A DNA stretch of 61,441 nucleotides, filler included, from Bonamia ostreae (Eukaryota), in assembly GCA_040357525.1 (NCBI GenBank). It is 11 parts of 11 records of this genome, joined end to end, with 100 filler letters (N's around TTAATTAATTAA, not from the genome) between each part and the next. Parts side by side here need not be neighbours in the genome. Positions count along the whole stretch, not along the records: positions 50,411 to 55,879 come from JBDODL010000191.1; positions 55,980 to 61,441 come from JBDODL010000192.1; 9 more parts are not named here. One strand, 5' to 3'. Below the pieces are notes generated by a model. The model saw only the letters and a list, made by a program, of their open reading frames with translations, was not told where the DNA came from and searched no databases. The position numbers were made by a program, and so were the translations under genes. This document shows positions 50,411 to 61,441 of this stretch, in pieces; positions within the stretch are counted from its first letter, which is position 1, and each line of letters begins with the position of its first letter.

Positions 50411-51095
50411 TAAACGTAATATAAATAAAAACATCTCCTTAACAAATCTAACTCTATAAAAAAAATTAACCTTTAACTTTAACTATAAAAAAAACAAAAG
50501 ATTCAAAACATTGAAGTAAAAAATACAAAAATACTAAAATAAAACAGAAAAAATCTAAATTCAACCTAACCACCATCAAAAATTTTCATTATAAACGAAA
50601 GAACCATATAGAACATTCTACATTACAATGAAATCTTCAACAAAAAAAAATTTAGACCAAATAAAAATTAAAATAACACGGAGGAATAAGAATAGAAGGA
50701 ATAATGTTGAAATAGACATGAATTAGAGTAGAAATCACCGAACTGAAAAACAAGCTTTTCACAGCTGCTCTGAGAATACCGTAATCGTATTCCCATTCCT
50801 TTTTAAGCTCAAATTCGGGCTTTTTGTTATTAGAACTTCCGCTCGCGGCACTTAAAACTCCTTGTTGTTTGGGCACTTTGACAGTCGCTGTAGATTTGAT
50901 TGTCATTACTCGCCTATAAATATAGTAATAGACTGCGAGCTGCAGCAGAATCGAAAAAGCGTACATGACTAAATTTAATTAGACAGAACTTCTGATTAGC
51001 AAAATGTTCCTGTCTGTGAACTCGACTCCTCTTATCGAAAACGTTATAAACAAAGGTAGCAAAATGCGTATATAAAATGGAACAACTAGGCTCAT
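50411..51095 (-). CDS. PHO88: PHO88/SND3 family ER protein, 3' truncated
   Basis: TM, YYYIYRRV...TVKVP...EYDYGILR..VKSLF....IHVYFNIIPSILI. Confidence 0.75.
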
Positions 51096-51368
51096 TCTTA
51101 ATTTTTAGCTATTTTGATAAAAATATATTTTGCAAAGTGTATATAATGTGATTGCTAATTCTGTTAAAAATGACTCGTTTCATGTTCGAACGTGTTTTTG
51201 TAAATATTTATTATTCAACAATTATAGAAAAAACTCAAAAAGTGTTTTGATTTTGGGATAATTAGCTAACTCAAATAAAGTAAGTTATTTAGTTTTGAGC
51301 TTTAAAAATATATATGTAAATTTATTAAAATTGAGATCCTTAAAATTAGACAAAGCTTAAATTGTCGA

Positions 51369-54300
51369 ATGGATAAACTGCTAATTGAAGATAAATCAGC
51401 AGTCGAAAGCGATGTTATTTTTTTACATTTTGTCTTTTTATTGTTAAAAAATGATTCTCGCAAATTTTATATTTGGCAACACAATTTTTAATAATTAAAT
51501 TTTTTTCTACGACTTTTTAGTTTTTAAATATCAAAAAACGCTAAAAAACACAAAAAATATTAATTTTAAACAAAAAATTTTACGAAAAAAATAAATTTTA
51601 TTTTGCCAATTTAACAAAAACGCAAATTAAACACAAAAAATATTAATTTTGAACAAAAAATTTTACGAAAAAAATAAAAGGGCGAAGGAAAAAACAAAAA
51701 TTCAAGCGATAGCGAATTCCAAAAACCAAACGACAGCGAATTCGAAGACATCGAAATGGAAGATTTCATCGCAAACGAATCCGATTCCAAAAGCGAATCA
51801 GAAAATTCTGAAAAATCAAACGATAAAATTCCGACAAATCCTAAAAATTCGATAGAAGATTTTGGTTCTTTGCCACAACCAGATTACGTCGAAGCCAACA
51901 AAAACAGAACTTTCAGAAAACTGAAAAAAATCGCTTCGGAAAATTTGGCCGACGGCGATAACAAAGGAAATGAAGATTTTATCGTCGATGACATTGGACC
52001 GACGGACGACCACGACGACTATACATTAGAAATTCAAGGACCTGAACATACGAGCCAAGCAATGACATTAGTAACTTCCATTTTCGGAGACGTCACCGAT
52101 TTCCTAAAAGGAAATATTATTTTAAATAAAAACGAGCTTTTGAAAAGTCCGAAAAATAAATTGGAAAAGTTTGAAGAAAAGCAAACAGAAAATGATTCTG
52201 GAGTGCTTGAAGAAGCGGGAGAAAAGGGGAAACCGAGAAAAAATTTGGTTGATGTCCCGAAAAGATTAAATTTTAATGGAAAACAATTTGACGAATTGTT
52301 TATAGCGAAAGAGGCGAAATTTATTTTGGACAATTATTTTAAAGAGAAAGGGCCGATTTTCGAGGAGAAAATTCAAAAAGTGCTTCATTTCTTTCATAAA
52401 GATCATTTTGAAGTGCCTTATATCGCGCTCTATCAACCGAATATTTTTTATCAACGTTTCTATTAAATTTTTGTCGATTTTTAACAAAACAAAAATTTAC
52501 TTTAGAAAATGAAAAAACGATTTGGGATCTTCTAAAATACGACATTTCTTACAGAAATTTCAGCGAAAAGCTTTTCAAAACCAAAAAATTAATTGAAAAT
52601 CTTTTGTCTAAGCACAAATCAAATTTAACTAAAATTCTAAAAATTGACATTTTCTGTGACAAGTTGGCCACAAATCAAAAAGATCTGGAAGATCTGTTTT
52701 TGTACGTTCGTTTTTTGACGAAAATTTCAATTACTGATGACGGCCAAACTCATTTTTTGGACCATTTTGTCAAATTTTACGAAGGAAACAATGTTTCCAA
52801 TTTCAGTACATTGAGAGAAAGAGTTTTATCCAAAAACGACGAAAAAGACCAAAAAATAACAAAAAAAGACGAAAATGACANNNNNNNNNNNNNNNNNNNN
52901 NNNNNNNNNNNNNNNNNNNNNNNNNNNNNNNNNNNNNNNNNNNNNNNNNNNNNNNNNNNNNNNNNNNNNNNNNNNNNNNNTTATCCAAAAACGACGAAAA
53001 AGACCAAAAAATAACAAAAAAAGACGAAAATGACAAAAAATTGACGAAAAAAGACGGGAAAAATTTGAAAAGATTTAAAAAAACATTTTTTGAAATGGAT
53101 TTGAAAACATTGCGGTGCATTCAAATGTTGGGATTCTCGTTTACAAAATTTGACAAATTGAGAGAAAAATTGGAAATTGAAGATTTTGATGAAATACAAT
53201 TTGATCAAAATCTTGACGAGGCCAATTTTTTGGAAAATTTAGCAAATTGTTCAAAGGGTGAAAATAGTCGATTTTCGAGTATTAGTGATGTCGAAAATTT
53301 TATTATGTTTCTTAAATTTTATTTTGTGATTTTTAACATTTTCAAAATTTTTTTTTTCGATTTTTAATTTTTTCCAATTTTTCTTTTTTTAATTTTTTCG
53401 ATATTTTAAATTTTTCTTTTTTCGATTATTAATTTTTTCCAATTTTTCTTTTTTTTTTTAATTTTTTCGATTTTTAATTTTCCATTTAATATGTTGTAAC
53501 TTAATTTAGCAAATTCTTATCCACTGAGATCGGGAAAAATCCGTTCTTCAAAAAGATAAGTCGCAAAATCTTCTTAGATAACGCTGAATTGTCAACAATT
53601 CCGACAAAAAAAGGGAAAAGAAATATAAATTGGATGAACCCCCTTTTCACGATTAAGAAATTGACAAAAAAACCGATTTCCCAATTTTTTGATGAATTTG
53701 AAAATCCCAGTTCACATTCTGAAGCAATGTTGGAACAGTATGCACTTTTGACTGACGCGCTTGAAAGAGGATATATTAAAAGGGAATTCAGTTTTAAAGA
53801 CGATTTAGGTGATTTTTATCAAATTTATTTTAAATTAATAATTCTTTCATTAAATCTAACAAACAATTTTTTGTTTAAAAATCATTTTAAATTTAACAAA
53901 TTCTGATTTTTGTGACTTTGTAATATCAATTTTCGGTAATAAATTGTTGCAACGGTTCGCAACAATTTGCAAATACTTTAATAAACTAATTCCTAAAAAC
54001 GAACAATCTTCGTAATCACTAAAATAAAACTGCTTTTCATTTATAAAAACATTAATCAAAATGTCGTCTTAAAATTGAACAATTATCGCTAAAATAAACT
54101 GCTTTTCATTTATAAAAACATTAATCAAAATGTCGTCTTAAAATTGAACANNNNNNNNNNNNNNNNNNNNNNNNNNNNNNNNNNNNNNNNNNNNNNNNNN
54201 NNNNNNNNNNNNNNNNNNNNNNNNNNNNNNNNNNNNNNNNNNNNNNNNNNAAACTGCTTTTCATTTATAAAAACATTAATCAAAATGTCGTCTTAAAATT

Positions 54301-55879
54301 GAACAATTATCGCTAAAATAAACTGCTTTTTCACATATTTACGCACAGACAATCCCAACATAAAATCAAAACAAGACCAGAGCCGCAAATACGGCCAATT
54401 GGAAAAAACTCTTTTATCGATCTACAGCGAACCGCTCTCGGAGTCCCAAAAAGTGACCGAACTGCGCTCTCAAATCGTCCTCAAAGCGATCGAAACTCAC
54501 TTTTTGCCGGATTGCATCGCCTTCGCCGACGATCTGTTGCTCGAAAAATCGCAAAATTTTATCGCTGCGAATTGCAGCAAAGCGCTTTACGAGGAATATC
54601 TGGTTCGCGAGAGACTGTGGAAAAACGATTTTGGCGGAAGCGTAATCGCCATCGCTCTCTGCGACGGCGAAGAACCTTCTTGCTGCGCCGTCCTCGACCA
54701 AAACGGACTTTTGATGGACTACGCCATTTTCCGTTTCCTCAAGTTCGCCCAAAGTTCGGGCAAAAACGCCAAAAAAGACCAAAACGTTCGAATTTTGAAG
54801 AAAAAAGAGGACTTGAAAACGTTCAAAGAACTGATTTTGGAGCATTCTCCCGATTTGGTCGTGATCGGTGCGTCGCATTTCCGTTGCGACAAAGTTCTGT
54901 CTGACATTGAGAGCGTCTGCAGCGTCTCGGAAAAGAGAATAAGCTGCGAACTGGTCAAACCGCAGATCGCGAAAATTTTCGAGCGGTCGAGCAGAGCCGA
55001 AAACGAGTTCTTCGGATATCCCGCGGGGATCAGAAACGCGGTCTCGCTGGGAAGGTTCGCCATCGATCCTTTGTCCGAGATTTGCTATATGACGTTCGGA
55101 GATTTGAGCGAACAAAACGACATTTTGAGCTTAAAACTCGATAAAGATTTTAAGCTCGTTCCGAAAATGAAGTTGATGGAGCGTTTAACGGAAACGTTGG
55201 TTTCGTTTGTAAATCGTGTCGGCGTTGAGTTAAGTAAGGGCGTTTTGGAGCATCCGCACAAAAAAGCTGTTTTGCAGTTTGTTAGCGGATTAAGTCCGAA
55301 AATGGCTGAACTTATAGCAAAAAAATCTAAAAACGGGATTCAGTCGCGGGCCGAACTTTTTGGAATTATTTCCGGATTTCCGGTACTTTTTCGTTTTGCG
55401 CGATTTTAGTTATGCGCATATAATATTTTAATTGTATTTTCAATCGCTTTTGAATTTTTGGGTGAAAACGTTTTTTGTGTAAATAATTTGATGAATATTA
55501 TAAACGAAAGAAAATATATCAAAATTGCGTCGGATTTTTACGTTTAAGCTCATCGGAACAAAAAGAGATGAACAGAATTAATTTGGGCGAAACGAGGATA
55601 AAACCGGATTTGTTGCCGTTAACAGAGAAAATTCTGAAATTTGCGTTGAGAGAAGCAAACGTAGATTTTGCCGAGAAAACAAAAGTAGAAAAATTAGCGA
55701 AAATGGCGAAGAAAAATTTGAAAGCTATTTTAAATTTTGATTGTGAAAAGTGTTTAAAAGAATTTATGTCTGGCGACAATGAAGAAAATGGTTTTGGGGA
55801 AGAAAATTTGAAATATTTTATCAATTTAATTATCGATGAAATAAAAAACCCGTTTCAAGTTGGTGAGCTTAAAGGTAAA
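51369..55879 (+). CDS. SPT6: Transcription elongation factor / histone chaperone SPT6, 3' truncated
   Basis: Acidic N-terminus with DFI motifs; KVLHFF...EVPYIALY; YqgF-like HSPDLVVIG; SSRAENEF...AVSLGRFAIDPLSE; VNRVGVEL; LQFVSGL; NCVGFL. Confidence 0.9.
54020..54330. repeat. Intronic tandem repeat (about 70-bp unit) spanning a 100-N gap
   Basis: aaactgcttttcatttataaaaacattaatcaaaatgtcgtcttaaaattgaaca is repeated on both sides of the gap. Confidence 0.85.
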
Positions 55880-55979
55880 NNNNNNNNNNNNNNNNNNNNN
55901 NNNNNNNNNNNNNNNNNNNNNNNTTAATTAATTAANNNNNNNNNNNNNNNNNNNNNNNNNNNNNNNNNNNNNNNNNNNN

Positions 55980-56473
55980 TCATTTTTAACTTCTTTTTCG
56001 ACTTTATCGCCATTTTCTTTATCATTTTTAACTTCTTTTTCGACTTTATCGCCATTTTCTTTATCATTTTTAACTTCTTTTTCGACTTTATCGCCATTTT
56101 CTTTATCATTTTTAACTTCTTTTTCGACTTTATCGCCATTTTCTTTATCATTTTTAACTTTGTTTGAGACTTTATCGCCATTTTCTTTGGCGTCATTTTT
56201 ATTTTGATTGATATGCTGTTTTTCGTGATCTAATATCCATTTTTCAAACTTCTTGATTTTTTCGAAGAGAATTCGCTCTCTGCTGAAATTTTGGGGATAT
56301 GTTTCATTGTTATCGTAACTGTAGAGCATACTTTGAACAATGCCCAAATCTTCAACTTGTTTGTACAGTCTTTCCTTGTCGATTTGAGTGGAATCGATAG
56401 AGCAATGGATTGATTGGAAGAATTTGAATTCTTCTTCACACAACTTGTCTATGTCGTTTGAAAAAGCCGCCAT
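55980..56473 (-). CDS. Hypothetical protein with 14-aa charged tandem repeats, 3' truncated
   Basis: VKNDKENGDKVEKE repeated at least three times (42-nt unit). Confidence 0.65.
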
Positions 56474-56656
56474 TAGATTTTTAAGCTTAAGTTTTCGGTT
56501 TGTTTATTTTAAGTTTATCACAATTTATTGTGGACTTTGTTTTAGCTTTTTTACATATCAAATAAAATACACGAAAATTAATTGTGATTCATCGCTTTTC
56601 ATTTAATTATATTAAGACATATCTAAAATCTGAAAATATATGAATAAGCTCTTTCT

Positions 56657-59047
56657 ATGGAATCCGAAAATAAAACTAAAAAATGGAAAGACATAACATC
56701 AACCATAAAAGACATTAAAAGCGTCTTCAAAAAAGAAGACATTTTTTCTCTTAAAAAAGTCGATTTTTTCAAGTTCGCTTTTGTAAACGAACCAGTTAAT
56801 AATTTTATTTTAAGTTGAACGAAAAAATGGATTCGTTCAGTCGCTTCGTCCAGAGCAACGAACGATTTTGCTCCAATTGTAACGACCTTAAAATTTTGGG
56901 GCGAAAATATTTTGACGAAAATTTAAATTTCGTCGCCCATTTTGACAAATTTGTTAAACTTTTTAATATTTAGCTATCTTTGCTTTGCAATTTCATAAAC
57001 GGCGCACCCGCTTTTTATGCGCTATCCGCTTTTCGGATAGCTGACATTGTTCCCGCAGACATCGATTGCGGCGATATAATGTCGCTGTGTAACTGCTTCG
57101 AATATGTTCATTATTTAATTGTCGAAGGCGTTATTTTGTTTAATCAAGTTCCTCAAATCGACAGTTTTCAAGAGCGAGGACGAAATTATAATAGGCGCAA
57201 ATTTGTCAAAATTTGAAAAATTTGACAAACATAAATTTTTGACTTACAGAAAATTTTTGTTGAACAGAGCTTCGAGCGGAAAAGTGGAGGTCGAAAAAAG
57301 ACTTTCGCTGTTAAAGAAATTGATCAGAACTTTTGAAATTTTAAGTCGTGACAAATTTAACGATCTCGCGGAAACGGTCGAAGAACTGCAAAAAAGTGAT
57401 TTTGCAATTTAAAATATAAAAATTTTGCATTAAAAAGGCGCTGAAGACATTTCGGATTGTTATTTAACGGCGAATTGGAGTGAAATCGATTTGGCATTTT
57501 ATAACGAATTGGCAGCTTTAACGAGTTTCGAATCTCTGGATTATCGAAAATTAATGTCTACGTCTGAAACTTATTCATTTTTGATTGAAAACATAAAGAG
57601 TGTGCGGGATATTTTAAGTGTCGACAATTTTTCGAATGTTTATGAAGCGAATCATTTTTTTGATTCGATTGCTTATTTAAAGTGATTTATATCAAAATTT
57701 CTGAAATTAAAAATTTTCAAAAAACAATAAAATTTGATTAAAAACAATTTTTATTCAAATTAAAATAACAATAAAAATTTTCAAAAAACAATAAAATTTT
57801 ACTAAAAACAATTTTTATTCAAAATAAAATAACAAAAAATTTTCAAAAAACAATAAAATTTGATTAAAAACGATTTTTATTCAAATTAAAATAACAATAA
57901 AAATTTTTCAAAAAATTTGATTAAAAACAATTTTTATTCAAAATAAAATAACAATAAAAATTTTTCAAAAAACAATAAAATTTGATTAAAAACGATTTTT
58001 ATTCAAAATAAAATAACAATAAAAATTTTTCAAAAAACAATAAAATTCTGTAAAAAAAAACAAAATCAAGCAATCCAAAATATAAAGATTGCCAATATTA
58101 TCGAGAGCGATATTATCTAAAAGAATAAATTCGCAACATTTTTACGGCCAAATCGAATCAAATTGGATTTTTACCAATAAAAATCCACTTTTAGACAAAA
58201 ATTACATAGAAATCTCGAAAAGCATTTTTGACGAATATTTTAATAATTTAGCTAGAAAGTTTTAAAATTTAGCAAAAGTGAATCTTATCGACTCAATTTT
58301 CTCGTCGATAACAAAATTTTGGAAAATTTGGAATGGACCGCAAATTTCTCCAAAAACGAGAAAATGTCGACTTCGCTTTGGTTTTATGAGCAAAGTCTTA
58401 ACGCGCGGACCCATTTTTTGTTTCTCGGCTTTAATTTGAATTTATACGAGGAAAAAGAACACGCCGCAGTGTTTTGGTTGTTGTCCAAAATGCAAAAAAT
58501 GCGATGCGACGCTTTAAAAAAATATTTAATTAAATTGAGTGAAAATGGTAATTCCAAAAATGGCTCTGAAATTTTAAAAAAGAGCCTTCAAAATGTGTTA
58601 ATTACTTGTGAGTCGCAACAAGCGATAAGTAGTAGTACTTTGCTATTGTTGCTATTGAGTAAGGGCGACAAGTTAAAGTTTGGTTTCCAAACAATTTTTT
58701 CGAACGGCAAAAAGCGATTTGAAGGCCGCTTCAAACATGTTTTGAAGGGTCTCTCTGCCGAAAATGATTTTGATCATTTTTCGAATGAAATTGATTTGAT
58801 AAACAAACGACAAAAAGAAAACAAAGAAGATTTTATTTTGAAGATCGGACAAGAAATGGTGGAAATAAGACGAAAAATGAAGTCGATAGAAAAGAACGGT
58901 TTTAATAATCGGTGGATTGGGCAAATTTTAGAGGTTGTAGAACATAATTTGGATATTCTGAAATATTTTGATGGTTCGAAAATTGACATTGCTTTCGAAA
59001 ATGGGGTGTTTTTACCTAAAATAGAAATTGAGGCAATTTTGGAATAA
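56657..59047 (+). CDS. NAA35: NatC auxiliary subunit NAA35/Mak10
   Basis: WKDITS...LNEKMDS; NFINGAPAF; GFNLNLYEEKEHAAVFWLL; RFEGRFK. Confidence 0.75.
57710..58045. repeat. Intronic tandem repeat (about 60-bp unit, 5-6 copies) in NAA35
   Basis: Recurrent caaaaaacaataaaatttgattaaaaac(a/g)atttttattcaaa(t/a)taaaataacaa. Confidence 0.9.
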
Positions 59048-59417
59048 ATTTTTTTTCGTTTGTTCAATTTTTCCTGTTTTCAGTTATATAAAAAGAGAAC
59101 GTTTAAAAATGGTGATGATTTTGGAATTTTTATTTTACAAACAATTGTCGATTTTTGTTCCGAATCAAATTTGATGTTACAAAAATAAACTTTATGTAAC
59201 AAACAATTAATCAAAATTATGTAAAAATATTTTAAATCTTCGTAACAAAAAAATTTAAATCTGTCATTTCGTAAAAAATATTTTAAATCTGTCAATATCA
59301 CCTGTTTAACCAAAGAAATCGGTTTCATCACGATAATAATAGATTTAACGAAGTACAAAAATATTTTTACATAATTTAAAAAAAATGTCAAATAGACCTT
59401 ATAATATAAGCAATTTA

Positions 59418-61378
59418 TCAAATAAAAAAGCTCCAAACAGCAGATACCGTTGAAATTATTGTGATGACAATACCAAAAATTGTTATAAATATTGGCAAAA
59501 ATGTCTTCACTATAATTGTTTTAGTTCTGTGTGTACTTTTTTAATAAATTAAAAATAGTTAGAAGAACCTGAAATTTTCTTTTAAGAATTTTAATATGTT
59601 GTTGTTGACTGCCATGTAGCACAAACAAGGAAGTATCTTTACAGTTGTAATAAAAACGTAAATCATCGGAGAAGCAAACAGTGCGCCTATTAAAGAATAG
59701 ACTTCAATTAATCCGTTGACGAATAAACCGAAAATGAGTGCGAGAGCAAATTGACTTAATTTGTTTTAGAATGAAATAAAATTGTCGTCAAAAATTGAAT
59801 AATAGATATTGAATTGAATAAAATTGTGAAAACCCCAAACTAAATGAGTAAAAAATGACATTGCTCGGGCGATTTGCTTCTTCTTTAAAACTCCTTTTCT
59901 TTATTTTTTCGAGCAACCCGTAATAAAGCAACAACAAGTTTTTCCGTGCAAAAAAGTTCTGTAACGGGAAGGAGAACGCGATGGTCAAAACCAGTAAGAT
60001 TCTAGCAACGTTTACAGCTGAAAAATGTTTTCAATTATAATTTTTTAACAATAAAATCAACTCGAAATAAAAACCGATATCCCTTTGGTCGTCTTGGACA
60101 AAAAAGCGTATCTTCATCTTATCAAAAACCGTGTCACCAGCTTGGAACTGCTGTGAAAAGTATCCCGAAAGGGCCAATGACATGCAGAGAATGTACACTA
60201 ATGAAAACGACACCAGTTGCACTATTTTCCATTGTCGGACCGTCTGCGTCTTCATTTGTCTGAAAATGCTAAAAGTCGTTTGTTGACAAATAAAAGTTGA
60301 CGCGTAGATTCCCAGACTGCTCAGAAAAAGCAAAGCGGAGTTGCTTTCCGGTGGAGTCACCTGCAAACTGTAGATAGATAACAGATAGTTTGAATGACTG
60401 TGAGCAATTGCTTCTATCCAGGTGTCACAGTTATTAACAGAATAGCATTGTGGTAATTCAGGTAGATTCGAAATAATTTCATCGATTTGTTCGTTTTTGG
60501 GTAATTTGGGGCAAGCGTTTTTATCCAACAAAGCCTGAAGAAGGTACGAATAGTTTTTAACGTGTCCAACCAAGTACTTATCTGGCTCTTTGTTCGCTGA
60601 ATCACAGAGATATAAACTCCTTTCTGTGTTCAATTTAACTTCGTTAATTCTCATTTCGGAATAGTCCAAATTAACCATTTCTCTGTGATAAAAGGGGGAC
60701 CTGGCGATCGTTATCAAAACTATAATCACGACAGACACAGATGAAACCAACGAGACATAGCTCAGTTTGGATATATCTCTCAGCAAACAGAATGGCAGAA
60801 TTAGCACTAAGCTCACTCCCAGAAGTACATATTTGTCGTATACGAATGTTTCAGAATTGATATCTGAAATTATGTCTTTTATCTGTGTGCGAAACAAGAT
60901 GTTATATACGCAGATGCAAAGAAAGCTCATCAAGAAGGTTATTGTCACCAAGAAGAAATAAGAAAAGGTACCTAGTGTAACTTGACACAGTTCGCCGTAA
61001 GACATTATTAAGTTTCCAGTTTTCTTTTCGCGTTTGTCTGCCGTGTAAATCATTAGATGAGATGTGTAGTAGATGGTGATACAACAAAGAAGAGATATGA
61101 ATATTGAAGCTATTAAACCACTGTTTTTAACTGCTTTTGGCAATGTCACTATTCCCGCTAATATTTTAATCGAAATAGTTAAAATGGATATTTTTGTATT
61201 GATAATTTTAATTATAAATAACAATCGATAATTTTTAAAAATTATTTTTGATGGAAAAATTTAAAACTTCCGATAATCGAGTTGATCAAATTCATCGAAG
61301 CGCTTATTTTAGGAAAAAAAACTTAAAAATGTCTTTGAAAGAGCTCTTTCGTTCATTGTCATTGATACTTTTTTCCAT
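59418..61378 (-). CDS. SLC38/AAAP family amino-acid transporter with an enlarged Cys-containing loop
   Basis: ASMNLINSIIG, GIVTLPKAVKNSG, SYGELC, ILPFCLLRDISKLSYVS, FICQ, LTIAFSFPL, LIGALFASPMIYILP. Confidence 0.9.
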
Positions 61379-61441
61379 TAATTATTAATATTGCACTTTT
61401 TAAAGATATCGGCTATTAAATATTCAGATTAAAGAAAATGA

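Noticed and set aside
52828-53035. Duplicated 55-bp sequence on both sides of a 100-N gap in SPT6
   Set aside because: Most simply a scaffolding overlap or a collapsed repeat; copy number cannot be determined here.
57710-58045. Repeat arrays resembling CRISPR
   Set aside because: No unique spacers; intronic, eukaryotic, and no cas genes.
59080-59436. 118-aa F/I/K/Y-rich ORF and similar short AT-rich ORFs (e.g. 29725-29955, 42502-42756)
   Set aside because: Low-complexity non-coding composition with no motif; likely chance ORFs.

Overview
AT-rich, gene-dense eukaryotic (protist-like) nuclear DNA. The window is not one locus. It is 11 unlinked contigs of about 5.5 kb, ordered by decreasing length and joined by ten artificial 100-nt linkers (N44-TTAATTAATTAA-N44), so gene order across linkers means nothing. 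About 35 spliced genes can be rebuilt by hand in the standard genetic code, including CAPZB, TIPIN, AMPK-beta, NADP-GDH, COQ10, CFAP20, RPS4, RPN7, RTF2, ferredoxin, ferrochelatase, SPT6, NAA35 and PHO88. The strongest genome-wide signal is the splicing system. Many introns are only 18-25 nt, most start GTT rather than GTRAG, about half end in AAG, there is no polypyrimidine tract, and T-rich 5' ends often complement A-rich 3' ends. Long introns are built from tandem duplications or repeat insertions. Other signals are GC-rich islands with an abrupt C-rich to G-rich skew switch, decayed tRNA-derived elements, two linked dispersed repeat families and a recurrent AAGCT motif just upstream of start codons. 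Unusual proteins include kringle+crystallin-like+knottin+TM, a tandem pseudo-metalloprotease, Schlafen+UBA-like, SAM+homeodomain+zinc fingers, SAM-like+BMT5-like and zf-4CXXC_R1. The genome style suggests a reduced rhizarian parasite (Ascetosporea, e.g. Bonamia-like), but this is an unverified inference. All exon structures and domain calls were made by eye, without database searches.
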